Position numbers and translations under genes: made by a program. Below the pieces are notes generated by a model that was not told the DNA's origin, searched no databases, and worked only from the letters and a program-made list of their open reading frames with translations. This document shows, piece by piece, positions 6,602-15,429 of a stretch of 51,342 nt of DNA (position 1 is the first letter of the stretch; the number at the start of each line of letters is the position of its first letter). Source of the stretch: a virus (taxonomy: Duplodnaviria > Caudoviricetes); the IMG/VR virus record IMGVR_UViG_3300037467_000112, positions 1 to 51,342 of that record. One strand, given 5' to 3'.

Positions 6602-6930
6602 GCGTGATCCAGTTTGAAGACCTTCGCCCGGGCGACAAGCTAACCTTCGAAATCGAGAAGATTATTCGAAAGGCTTACGACGGGGATTATGTTATTCAAT
6701 TTAAGGGATCATTCCCTGTCGGAAATCACATTCGTCCGGCGTCCATCCTTCATCACGAGAGACCACCCATCAAGGTGGGTGACGTGTTCGAGAACCCGCG
6801 GGGTACCCATCTGACTATTCTTCAGATCGAGGGAGACACCTGCGTGTACTCGTTCATGCAGTCGGGAAGGCTGTATGGTACTACCTGCAGCACCGCTGCA
6901 ATGCGGAGCTTCAAGCGTGTCACCGACTAA
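6598..6930 (+). CDS. Hypothetical protein, 'PIxVGD' paralog 2
   Basis: LRPGDKL and PIKVGDVF modules. Confidence 0.75.
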   Translation: MSVIQFEDLRPGDKLTFEIEKIIRKAYDGDYVIQFKGSFPVGNHIRPASILHHERPPIKVGDVFENPRGTHLTILQIEGDTCVYSFMQSGRLYGTTCSTAAMRSFKRVTD

Positions 6931-7083
6931 GCGTGGTTACCTGTACCGCGACAGCCGCGGGTTCTACAGGGCCACGTCTAACCCGTTGCACTCTGACGAA
7001 ACCGTTGCAGAGTACGGCACTCTGCGTAAGGCCCGGGAAATCGCCGGGATTTTCAACAATCGTCTAAGGGGACGACTACACTA

Positions 7084-7215
7084 ATGGCTTTGTTCCAAGT
7101 TGCTGTAACGCTTCTGGCTGTCTGGGCGCTGTTAGGGCTGGTGGAGGGCGTGTCGAACTACCTGCACCGGCGCAAGCGTGAACACTACATCCAAATCGGA
7201 AAGGACTACTCGTGA
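7084..7215 (+). CDS. Small membrane protein (43 aa)
   Basis: ORF with a hydrophobic N-terminus (MALFQVAVTLLAVWALLGLV). Confidence 0.55.
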   Translation: MALFQVAVTLLAVWALLGLVEGVSNYLHRRKREHYIQIGKDYS

Positions 7216-7601
7216 ATCAACTGTCGTGGCTTCTGTATCTGGCCGGTGTGTCCGAAAACGTCGGGCTGTTGCTGACAATCATCGGCGTAATCGCCATGTT
7301 CGGTGCCGTCGCGGCGTGGTGCGTCTTCGGGGCCATATACTGCGAGTGGCATGAATACGGCAGGAAAGAGGGGAAACCTCCGAGTCCGTGGTTTGCAGCC
7401 GCTCTGACCCCGATCTTCGTCGTCCTCTGGGTGCTGGCCGCTATGTGCCCGTCCAAGACGACCATTTACGGCATAGCCGCGTCTCAGATGGGCGAGCAAG
7501 CCCTCAAGACCCCGCTCGCTGGCAAGGCGGGCAAGGCGCTTGAGGCGTGGCTGGACAAGCAGATCGCCGAGAACGAGCCGAAGAAGGCGGAGGCTTCGTG
7601 A
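7212..7601 (+). CDS. Membrane protein (129 aa, about 2 TM segments)
   Basis: AAAGGA RBS; two hydrophobic stretches. Confidence 0.75.
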   Translation: MNQLSWLLYLAGVSENVGLLLTIIGVIAMFGAVAAWCVFGAIYCEWHEYGRKEGKPPSPWFAAALTPIFVVLWVLAAMCPSKTTIYGIAASQMGEQALKTPLAGKAGKALEAWLDKQIAENEPKKAEAS

Positions 7602-7879
7602 TGCGATACCTCTGGAACTGCATCTGCGACATCTTCAGCTTTCTGTGGCTGCTGCTCGGGGCGCTGATGGTCATTCTGTGTATCCTCGCCCCCCTCGGTA
7701 TTCTGGTGTACTTCGGCAACAAGGCCGAGTGTCAGGAGACGTACACCAAAAGCCTGACTGTGCCGGTTCGCTGGTTCAACGGTCGGTGTCAGGTGAAGAC
7801 CAGCATCGGGTGGGTGGACTACGGTGATCACGGTCGGTACGGGCACAGCACGTACACCGTCACCAAGCTTGACAACTAG
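7601..7879 (+). CDS. Membrane protein (92 aa)
   Basis: GGAGG RBS; TGATG overlap; long hydrophobic segment. Confidence 0.7.
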   Translation: MRYLWNCICDIFSFLWLLLGALMVILCILAPLGILVYFGNKAECQETYTKSLTVPVRWFNGRCQVKTSIGWVDYGDHGRYGHSTYTVTKLDN

Positions 7880-7897
7880 CCATTTCGGCTATACAAT
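7869..7897 (+). promoter_or_regulatory. sigma70-type promoter
   Basis: TTGACA-17 nt-TACAAT. Confidence 0.75.
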
Positions 7898-7934
7898 ATC
7901 TCTCTAAGCGCCCAGGGAAAGGGGTACTATAACA

Positions 7935-8279
7935 GTGGACAAGAGCAAGCTTAAGATCGGGGACCGGGTGCAGGTCTCCTTCATCGGGACTGTTTCCTAC
8001 GTCTCAGCGTCTAGCGAAGGTGTTCGGGTCGATGTGGAGGACAGCGGTTGGTGTCGCTCCGGCACAGCTTACATCGGTGTCGGGCATATCACCGAAGTCC
8101 TGCCCGAGCCCATCAAGGTGGGTGATCGGTTCCAGTCCAAAGGGCACGGTGACACGGTGTATGAGGTCCTCAAGGTGGAGGGCAACACGCTGGTTTACGC
8201 TACGTACCTTGGCGGAATGCTGGGGATCGCAAGCACCTGTAATCTTGACGGCTTTAAGGGCTACACCAAGCTGAATTAA
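7935..8279 (+). CDS. Hypothetical protein, 'PIxVGD' paralog 3
   Basis: LKIGDRV and PIKVGDRF modules. Confidence 0.75.
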   Translation: MDKSKLKIGDRVQVSFIGTVSYVSASSEGVRVDVEDSGWCRSGTAYIGVGHITEVLPEPIKVGDRFQSKGHGDTVYEVLKVEGNTLVYATYLGGMLGIASTCNLDGFKGYTKLN

Positions 8280-8382
8280 ACCTCAGCCGACTACCTCAAA
8301 TTGGCACGGGGGTGCCACGAAGGGACACCAGCAGAAGCTCACAAAGGGCTCAGAGCGGTGTCCCTTCCATCTTTTCCCAGAT

Positions 8383-8802
8383 GTGAAACCACGCCGTCTG
8401 GCGTGTGTTGAAAGGGACAATCCAATAAATACCGCTGAGTTCCCGTACTGCTGCGGGATTCAAATCCTTGGTGGCTTCGGCCACACCAAGACTGCTGGCT
8501 TCAACGCTGGTGTTGACATACCGCTGCCCGAGATCGAAGCTTGGCTGGAACGCCAGATCGAGCACTATCGGGCCTTGGCTTATGCCGGTATGCTGGTCCT
8601 CAGCCTGAATCACCAACAGAAGGCTGAGATCGGGGCGACCATTGAAGCTGCTGGCTTCAAGATGGTGTCGAGCTGTCACCACGCCTACCACAAGACGGAC
8701 ATCTACCTGTACACGCTGTCCCTTGAGGAAGCCCTTGAGGATGAAGAACTCTTGGGTAAGAAGAACCAGCTCTATAACTACGGGAGGCTGAGCTACTGGT
8801 AA
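8383..8802 (+). CDS. Hypothetical protein preceding the ligase cluster
   Basis: 139-aa ORF with a CCG motif; start uncertain. Confidence 0.65.
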   Translation: MKPRRLACVERDNPINTAEFPYCCGIQILGGFGHTKTAGFNAGVDIPLPEIEAWLERQIEHYRALAYAGMLVLSLNHQQKAEIGATIEAAGFKMVSSCHHAYHKTDIYLYTLSLEEALEDEELLGKKNQLYNYGRLSYW

Positions 8803-9152
8803 ACCACATCATCGTCTATGGCACCCTGAAGCAGGGGCACAAGGCGCACCACTTTATGCGGGGCTGTGATTTTGTCGAGGACGTTGCTGTCTTCGGTGAG
8901 ATGTTCAGTCTCGGCGGCTTTCCGGGCGTCAAGCTTGGCACATCGTGCTGTGGCTGCTTCTTCCGTGGTGAACTCTACAAGCTGCCGGAGGGTGACCGGG
9001 GCATCTCTATCATAAGCACACTCGACGCCTATGAAGGGGTTCCCCACCTGTACACGCGTCAAACCATCGACTTCAACGGAGAGGACTGTTATATCTACGA
9101 ATACAACGGCCGGGACCCCGGGGGCGAACGCCTCGAAACCTGGGCCGCTTAA
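8796..9152 (+). CDS. Gamma-glutamylcyclotransferase (AIG2/GGACT-like); probable CTG start
   Basis: IIVYGTLKQG N-terminal motif, GELY and LDAYEG..Y.R; GGAGG lies 8 nt before CTG 8796. Confidence 0.85.
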   Translation: MVNHIIVYGTLKQGHKAHHFMRGCDFVEDVAVFGEMFSLGGFPGVKLGTSCCGCFFRGELYKLPEGDRGISIISTLDAYEGVPHLYTRQTIDFNGEDCYIYEYNGRDPGGERLETWAA

Positions 9153-9168
9153 GACCGCCCTTGAGCGG

Positions 9169-10089
9169 ATGATGAAGGACGCCGAGACCTGTAAGAAGGC
9201 AACTGCGGACAATCCTTGCAAGTACGGGTTCGTTGACGCCAAAAGCGAAATCTGGACCGACTACAGCGCTCCGTGTCACGCCAGCTTGGCTCGGTACGGT
9301 GACGACTGGAACGGTAATAAAGGGCGTAAGCCCGTCGCGCTGTACAACTTCAGTGCCATGAACGACATCAATCGTTCTGAAGCGGCTCTGGCGTTCTTCG
9401 ACTGGATCACCGGGGACACCCATCCGTGGGCCAAGGTGCTTGGTCTGACCGATCCGTTCGAGATCGACGGGATCGACATCAACACCAATGATTTCCGTCG
9501 GCAGTTCGGCTGGTTCTTTCCCGATCTGACCCTGTTCACCGGGAACGTGCTGGCGAACTTCCTGTTTGCTACCCGTCTGCACATCGAGCGCACTGAGTGC
9601 ACGGACCTGTGGCACAAGCTCGTTCGGGACGGGGCGGACCCTACTCTGGCTTTCATGTGGGCCAACCTGCTGTTTACTCGGTGGGATCGGCCCCGTGTAG
9701 TCGAGGGGTTCTACCGCTTCACGGCGTTCGATGCGGGCCACTCTGCTGTTGACGCCAGCAATGTGACCACGGGTGCTGTAGTCAACTTCTATGCTGGTAC
9801 GCCCGGCCGGAATGTGGACGTCGGCCCGGAAGCTGTAAATTCGTACGCCAAGAAGAGGTCGTACTATCCGGCCAACACCATCTGGCACGACAACTCTCGG
9901 AGTAAGTACAAAACCTTCATCCAGAAGCAGTACGAGGACATTCTGACTGCCCCGGCGGACCCGGAAGCCAAGCGTCCTGTGTTCGTGAAAGCGCAGGCTA
10001 CGGACATGTCGTACGAGACCGTGCTCAAGATCATCAAACTGGAGATGAAACGACTTGATGCTGTTCAAGCGAAAAAGAAAGCGGCTTAA
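9169..10089 (+). CDS. Hypothetical protein within the ligase cluster (start uncertain; ORF open from 9031)
   Basis: Long ORF with phage-like codon usage; no family recognised. Confidence 0.7.
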   Translation: MMKDAETCKKATADNPCKYGFVDAKSEIWTDYSAPCHASLARYGDDWNGNKGRKPVALYNFSAMNDINRSEAALAFFDWITGDTHPWAKVLGLTDPFEIDGIDINTNDFRRQFGWFFPDLTLFTGNVLANFLFATRLHIERTECTDLWHKLVRDGADPTLAFMWANLLFTRWDRPRVVEGFYRFTAFDAGHSAVDASNVTTGAVVNFYAGTPGRNVDVGPEAVNSYAKKRSYYPANTIWHDNSRSKYKTFIQKQYEDILTAPADPEAKRPVFVKAQATDMSYETVLKIIKLEMKRLDAVQAKKKAA

Positions 10090-10737
10090 ATGAAAGTTTT
10101 CATCCAAGGTCCCGGTGCTGGGGCATACATCATGATGTTCCTGCGGGCTGGCTTCAAGGGGGCAGCCAGTGTGGACGATGCGGACATTGTTTGCTTCACC
10201 GGTGGTGAGGACGTTCACCCGCATTACTACAACGAGGACCCCCTTCGCTGCACGTACTTCAACCTGAAGCGAGACGAAGAGGACGTCAAGGTCTTCAACC
10301 GCGCCAAGGAACAGCAGAAGTTCATGGTCGGCATCTGTCGTGGCGGTCAGTTTCTGAACGTCATGGGCGGCGGCAAGCTGTGGCAAGACGTGGACGAACA
10401 TGGCCGGGAACACTGGCTGCTGGACATGCTGACCGGGGCCAAGATTTGGGTCACCAGCACGCACCATCAGCAGATGATCCCCGGCGACAAGGCTGACGTA
10501 TGGGCCACTGCGAACTGCTCCAACAACAAGTACGGCTACGGCAAGGAGTGGTCCCGCAAGAGCCCTGAGGCTGATGCCTTTGACGTGGAGGTCTGCTGGT
10601 ATCCCCACATTCGTGCTCTGTGCTTCCAGCCTCACCCGGAAATGTACGGCGCTTCGGAGGGGTGTATCAACTACTTCTTCCAGTGCCTGAAGAACGCCAT
10701 GAAGATCGTTGAGGAGCAAGACGAATGTGTGGCCTAG
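10090..10737 (+). CDS. Class I glutamine amidotransferase / peptidase C26-like
   Basis: FTGGEDV, GICRGGQ nucleophile elbow, STHHQ, QPHPE. Confidence 0.9.
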   Translation: MKVFIQGPGAGAYIMMFLRAGFKGAASVDDADIVCFTGGEDVHPHYYNEDPLRCTYFNLKRDEEDVKVFNRAKEQQKFMVGICRGGQFLNVMGGGKLWQDVDEHGREHWLLDMLTGAKIWVTSTHHQQMIPGDKADVWATANCSNNKYGYGKEWSRKSPEADAFDVEVCWYPHIRALCFQPHPEMYGASEGCINYFFQCLKNAMKIVEEQDECVA

Positions 10738-12041
10738 TCGGCGTAGCCGGGTCAATCGACAATCAGGACATTGGAGCATTCAATGATCTGCTGTTGGCCA
10801 ACGTGGTTCGTGGAAAACACAGCACTGGTGTTGCTGGTGTGGATCGCGGCAATCGTTCCCACCTGATCAAGTGTGTCGGTGGTCCGCTGGACCTTCAGGA
10901 ACAGAAAGGCTACGACAACGTAGTTCGACAGGACAAGAAGGTTCTGATCGGTCACAATCGTCATGCCACCGTGGGCGGGGTGTCCAAGGTCAACGCCCAC
11001 CCGTTTGACTTCGACAATCTTGTTGGGGCTCACAACGGCACGGTCGACAAGTTCAGGCTCAAGGATCACAACGAGTTCCCCACGGACTCGGAAGCCCTGT
11101 ACAACAACATGAACCTGTTTGGCCCCGAAGAGACGATCAAACTGATCAGTGGGGCGTGGGCCTTGACGTGGTACGACAAGGGTTACAAGACCATCAACCT
11201 GATCCGCAACAAAGAGCGGCCCCTCTTCTACACGCTTTGTGACGAAGGGAAGTCGCTCTGGTGGGCCAGTGAAGCAGGTATGCTGCGCTGGTGCCTTGAG
11301 CGGAACCGCATCGAGGTCAGCAAAGTGTACTTCCTTGAGGAAGACATGATGCTGACTTGGGAGGTTCCAGCATACGGCAAACCCTTTTGCGAACCCGAGG
11401 CGACAAAGGTTGAAGGGTATAAGTACTTTCCACCAGTGGTGGATAGGCGGGCATCGTCTGCCGTAAACTGGAACCAACGTGGAGGTAGCCAACCCGGCGG
11501 CCCCCCTTTGTCCCTTCCCAAGGGGGCCTTGTCGACCCCGACGAACTCCCCTGGGACGATGAGATCGACGACATCTTCGGGACAGGATGGTCAGCAATCG
11601 AAGACGTCCTCCAACGTCGTGCCGCTCAACAGCTCGAACTTGCTCTCGAACAAGAAGTCGAGCAACGAAAGCGAGAACGAGAAGGACGGAAACCTGTCGT
11701 CTGGTGTGATAAGTACCATCGAAAGGGGAAGACAGGGAAAACCTTCGGAAGCCGAAGCTGGAAACGATGGTCAGCAAAGCACTGGCCGGGCCTTGACCTT
11801 GAGTGACCTGAAACTTCAGGAAGCTGGCCGAGGAACCAAGATCTATAAAGACAAGCACAACGGTCGTATCATTACGAAGAAGGTGTTTGCTAACCTGACC
11901 ATAAAAGGGTGTAGCTGGTGCTGCCGCTCGCCTGATTACGGCGAAGACTTCTATGTGTTCGGAACTCCGTCTGACAATGAGTTCCTTTGCGAGGACTGTT
12001 CCGTCGACCCGGACGTCCAAGCTTGTGCCCACATCCACTAG
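10725..12041 (+). CDS. Class II (Ntn) glutamine amidotransferase with a Ser-rich linker and C-terminal Zn-finger
   Basis: MCGLVG N-terminus, RG.HSTG, GHNRHAT, NAHPF, HNGT, TDSE; C-terminal CSWC..CEDC. Confidence 0.9.
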   Translation: MCGLVGVAGSIDNQDIGAFNDLLLANVVRGKHSTGVAGVDRGNRSHLIKCVGGPLDLQEQKGYDNVVRQDKKVLIGHNRHATVGGVSKVNAHPFDFDNLVGAHNGTVDKFRLKDHNEFPTDSEALYNNMNLFGPEETIKLISGAWALTWYDKGYKTINLIRNKERPLFYTLCDEGKSLWWASEAGMLRWCLERNRIEVSKVYFLEEDMMLTWEVPAYGKPFCEPEATKVEGYKYFPPVVDRRASSAVNWNQRGGSQPGGPPLSLPKGALSTPTNSPGTMRSTTSSGQDGQQSKTSSNVVPLNSSNLLSNKKSSNESENEKDGNLSSGVISTIERGRQGKPSEAEAGNDGQQSTGRALTLSDLKLQEAGRGTKIYKDKHNGRIITKKVFANLTIKGCSWCCRSPDYGEDFYVFGTPSDNEFLCEDCSVDPDVQACAHIH

Positions 12042-12074
12042 GTCTGACGACCTGATCATCACGAAGGAGAGTAA

Positions 12075-12902
12075 GTGGAAATTCTGATTGGTGCTGACCC
12101 CGAAGTGTTCGTGCGTAACCCGAACGACCAGAAGTTCGTCAACGCTCACAACATGATTCCGGGTGACAAGAAGACCCCGTTCGGGGTGAAGGACGGTGCT
12201 GTTCAGGTGGACGGCATGGCCCTTGAGTTCAACATCAACCCGGCCAAGTCGGCTGACGAGTTTGTCGGGAACATCAAGTCGGTGTACGAGCAACTCAAGG
12301 CGATGGTGCCCGGCTACAACGTCGTGGCCGAGCCGGTGGCCGTGTTCGACAAGGGTTACTTCGACCAACAGCCGACCGAATCCAAGGAGCTGGGGTGCAA
12401 CCCCGACTTCAATGCTTGGACCGGCAAGGTCAACAACCCCCCGAAGGGTGGCGACAAGCCGATGCGTACGGCGTCGGGTCACATCCACATCGGGTGGACG
12501 AAGGACGAAGATCCTAACGATCCGGTCCACTTCGCTGACTGCTGTGCGCTGGTGAAACAGCTCGACTACTTCCTCGGTCTGCACAGCATCCTGTGGGACA
12601 GGGACAACCGCCGTCGGTCCATGTACGGCAAGGCTGGTGCGTTCAGGCCCAAGCCGTACGGTGTCGAGTACCGGGTCATGTCAAACGTTTGGCTGACGAA
12701 CGAAGAGCTGATGCGGTGGGTGTTCGACCAAACCCACAAGGCTGTCGACACCCTGCTCAATGGGGAGAACTTCGCGGAAACCCACAACAGTCAGGCTGCG
12801 GGTATCATCAACAGCAACGAAGCTGGGTGGGAAGCGTACTACCGGTTCCCCGGTGTCGGAACTCTTCCCAAGCACCTGAGGAACCTGCAGAAGGCCGCTT
12901 AA
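12075..12902 (+). CDS. phiEco32-like COOH-NH2 ligase type 2
   Basis: IGADPEVF, DGMALEFN, GCNPDFNAW, SGHIHIG, YGKAGAFRPKPYGVEYR. Confidence 0.9.
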   Translation: MEILIGADPEVFVRNPNDQKFVNAHNMIPGDKKTPFGVKDGAVQVDGMALEFNINPAKSADEFVGNIKSVYEQLKAMVPGYNVVAEPVAVFDKGYFDQQPTESKELGCNPDFNAWTGKVNNPPKGGDKPMRTASGHIHIGWTKDEDPNDPVHFADCCALVKQLDYFLGLHSILWDRDNRRRSMYGKAGAFRPKPYGVEYRVMSNVWLTNEELMRWVFDQTHKAVDTLLNGENFAETHNSQAAGIINSNEAGWEAYYRFPGVGTLPKHLRNLQKAA

Positions 12903-12906
12903 CACA

Positions 12907-13527
12907 ATGCGATACGAGAACGTTGAAGAGGCCGAGTCCCGGCTGCGGTCCACTGTCGTCATGTACGACGGTAAGCCGGTCTGGGTTGATCATGTGGTCC
13001 GGGGAACCGGTCCGTCTGGGCTGTCCGTTCAGATCTATTCCCTGCCCCGGCTGAGGGAAAAGCGGGAGGTTGACCTGTTCGACCCCAAGCTGAACATGCG
13101 GAACATTCCGTTGGGGTATGTGAACTACGGTCATGACGCCCTGTACCTGACCCGGATGCCGGCCCGTCGTTTCAAGCAGGGTTTGAACTCCGAGAACGTT
13201 CACATCCCCCGGGACAAGATGTTCAACGAGCACGGGGACCGGATCAATTGGGGTACGATCTACTCCAGCCAGGGGTTTGCCGATTCGATGTCGGGTAAAT
13301 TTCCCAGCTTCGAAGAGGCTGCGAAGAAGCTGGCCGACGAATCTGAGTTCAAGTCTGTCGCCTTCAGTCGGGTGTTCGCGCTCTCCCGAAACCCTCTCGG
13401 CCTGAACATCTTGCTTTACAAGGGCAACGAGGTTGCTTGGTCTGAAAGCCACGCCTTCAAGCTGCCCGGCAACAAGAGTTTCCTGCAACAAGTGATCGAA
13501 CAACACGGAGTCAAACTCGCGTCATGA
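12907..13527 (+). CDS. Conserved-looking hypothetical protein of the ligase cluster
   Basis: 206-aa ORF between two ligases; LGYVN and R.P.R..KQGL motifs. Confidence 0.8.
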   Translation: MRYENVEEAESRLRSTVVMYDGKPVWVDHVVRGTGPSGLSVQIYSLPRLREKREVDLFDPKLNMRNIPLGYVNYGHDALYLTRMPARRFKQGLNSENVHIPRDKMFNEHGDRINWGTIYSSQGFADSMSGKFPSFEEAAKKLADESEFKSVAFSRVFALSRNPLGLNILLYKGNEVAWSESHAFKLPGNKSFLQQVIEQHGVKLAS

Positions 13528-14612
13528 GCAACAAGGCAAAGGGCTGGAACCTTCCTGTCACGGAGCTGATGGGTCAGCGTGGTGTCAAGGAAGGTGAGGT
13601 TGGCATCGAGATCGAAGCCGAAGGATACCTGCTTCCTGCCGCTGTCAAGGGTACGTATTGGACTGTACACGACGACGGCAGCCTTCGCCTTCCGCCTGCC
13701 AAGGTTGTCGGTGCGTTCCCTGTGGCCGGTAGTGCGTACGAGTACGTGCTCAGGCAGCCTGTGAAGCGGGACAAGGTTGAGGCGGCTCTGGACAATCTCA
13801 CTAAGGCCCTGACCGAGAGCAAGGCCGAAGTGGTCATGTCCAACCGCTGCAGCGTCCACATTCACCTGAACTGTCAGGGTATGTTGATGCGACAGGTGTA
13901 CAATCTTATCACTCTGTCGGGCATCTTCGAAAGCCTGTTGTCGGAATACTGTGGTGACGACCGGATCGGCAATCTGTTTTGTCTGCGACAAAGCGATGCT
14001 GAGTTCATGGTCAGAGCGCTGGCTGAATGTCTGACTACCAATCAGTACAATTGGTTTGTCAATGACAATCTGCGCTACGCGTTCCTGAACGTTACGTCTC
14101 TTCCGAAGTACAACTCGGTCGAGTTCCGTGGTCTGCGCGGTACTGTGGACAAGCCGACCATCGAGACTTGGGTTCGGATGCTGCTGTCCATGCAAGACGC
14201 AGCCAAGACGTACAGCAGCCCGGCTGAGATCATCCAAGAGTTCAGTGTCCGCGGTCCGGTGGCGTTCCTGATGAAGATCTTTCCGAAGGACTATCCGTGG
14301 TTCATGAACCGACAGAACTACGTTGATCGCATGTACGGCGGAATGCGCCTGATGCAGGATCTTGCCTTTGCCGTGGAGTGGGGTGAGGTCGTCAAGGCGG
14401 AGCCCGCCAAGGAATACAACGTCGTCGTCGAGCAGCAGGTGGTTGACGATTTAATGCCGGATTTTGATGAAGATGTTGATGATGGTCCCTTCCACTTCGA
14501 CATTGAAGCTGACCAACTTCTAGTGCAAGTTCAGCAAAACCCGATGCCGGGTTGGCGGCAAGTTCAAGTCCCGCCCGTGCTCCGTCGTGCAGTGGAAGAA
14601 GGAGACATTTAA
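13524..14612 (+). CDS. Putative amidoligase (amidoligase-2 family)
   Basis: GIEIE, DGSL, EYV, CSVHIHLN, RY..LN, VEFRG. Confidence 0.88.
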   Translation: MSNKAKGWNLPVTELMGQRGVKEGEVGIEIEAEGYLLPAAVKGTYWTVHDDGSLRLPPAKVVGAFPVAGSAYEYVLRQPVKRDKVEAALDNLTKALTESKAEVVMSNRCSVHIHLNCQGMLMRQVYNLITLSGIFESLLSEYCGDDRIGNLFCLRQSDAEFMVRALAECLTTNQYNWFVNDNLRYAFLNVTSLPKYNSVEFRGLRGTVDKPTIETWVRMLLSMQDAAKTYSSPAEIIQEFSVRGPVAFLMKIFPKDYPWFMNRQNYVDRMYGGMRLMQDLAFAVEWGEVVKAEPAKEYNVVVEQQVVDDLMPDFDEDVDDGPFHFDIEADQLLVQVQQNPMPGWRQVQVPPVLRRAVEEGDI

Positions 14613-15388
14613 TGCACATCTACGCTTACAACAACGGTGAGGGTTCCAAGAACCTTTCGGAAGCCCTCGGCTGCAAACGCATCAAGCACGAAGGCAGCAA
14701 GTTCGTGGGTGGTCCGGGCAAGGTGGTGATCAATTGGGGGGCGTCACAGCTCCCCAACTGGCGTGCCGGTACTCGGGTCCTTAACAAGCCTGAAAAGGTG
14801 AAGCTAAACTCTAACAAGCTTTCCTTCTTTAAGGAGATGGAAGAAGGGGACGATTACCTCCCCTGCCCCCGTATTCCCGATTGGTGTACTAATCCGGGCC
14901 ATGCCCGTAAGTGGCTCCAAGAGGGCAAGGTCGTCTGTGCTCGCCAGAAACTCAACGGCCACAGTGCCGAAGGGTTGGTGATCATGGAATCGGAGCTTGA
15001 CTTTGTGGAAGCCCCGCTGTACACTGTTTATGTCCCGAAGAAGATGGAGTTCCGCGTCCACGTCTTTAAAGGCAACGACGCCTCATTCATCGTGGACATT
15101 CAGCGCAAGATCAAGAAACCTGACGCTGAAGTCAAGGACTGGAAGATCCGCAACCTCGACAACGGTTTCATTTACGCCCGCAACGGCGTGGAAGAGATCG
15201 TGCCTGAAGACGTCCGTGTGCAGGCTAGGTGTGCCTTCGACCTGTCTGGACTGGACTTCGGGGCAGTGGACGTAATCTTTAACGAAGGACAAGGAAGGGC
15301 GTACGTACTTGAAATCAACACTGCCCCCGGGATCAGTGGAACCACTGTGGAGAACTATGCTGACGCGTTTCGTAAGCTTGTTGCATAA
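14612..15388 (+). CDS. ATP-grasp peptide ligase (RimK/glutathione synthetase-like)
   Basis: INWG, NKL.F, EFRVHV, GLDFGAVD, VLEINTAPG; ATG 14612 follows AAGGAG. Confidence 0.9.
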   Translation: MHIYAYNNGEGSKNLSEALGCKRIKHEGSKFVGGPGKVVINWGASQLPNWRAGTRVLNKPEKVKLNSNKLSFFKEMEEGDDYLPCPRIPDWCTNPGHARKWLQEGKVVCARQKLNGHSAEGLVIMESELDFVEAPLYTVYVPKKMEFRVHVFKGNDASFIVDIQRKIKKPDAEVKDWKIRNLDNGFIYARNGVEEIVPEDVRVQARCAFDLSGLDFGAVDVIFNEGQGRAYVLEINTAPGISGTTVENYADAFRKLVA

Positions 15389-15429
15389 AATGCAACGAGA
15401 CATTTTGTCGGGGCTCAAGCAGGAGTGGC

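Noticed and set aside
9073-14237. Long minus-strand ORFs (568, 610, 232 and 273 aa) opposite the ligase cluster
   Set aside because: Antisense shadows of codon-biased genes; no motifs or RBS
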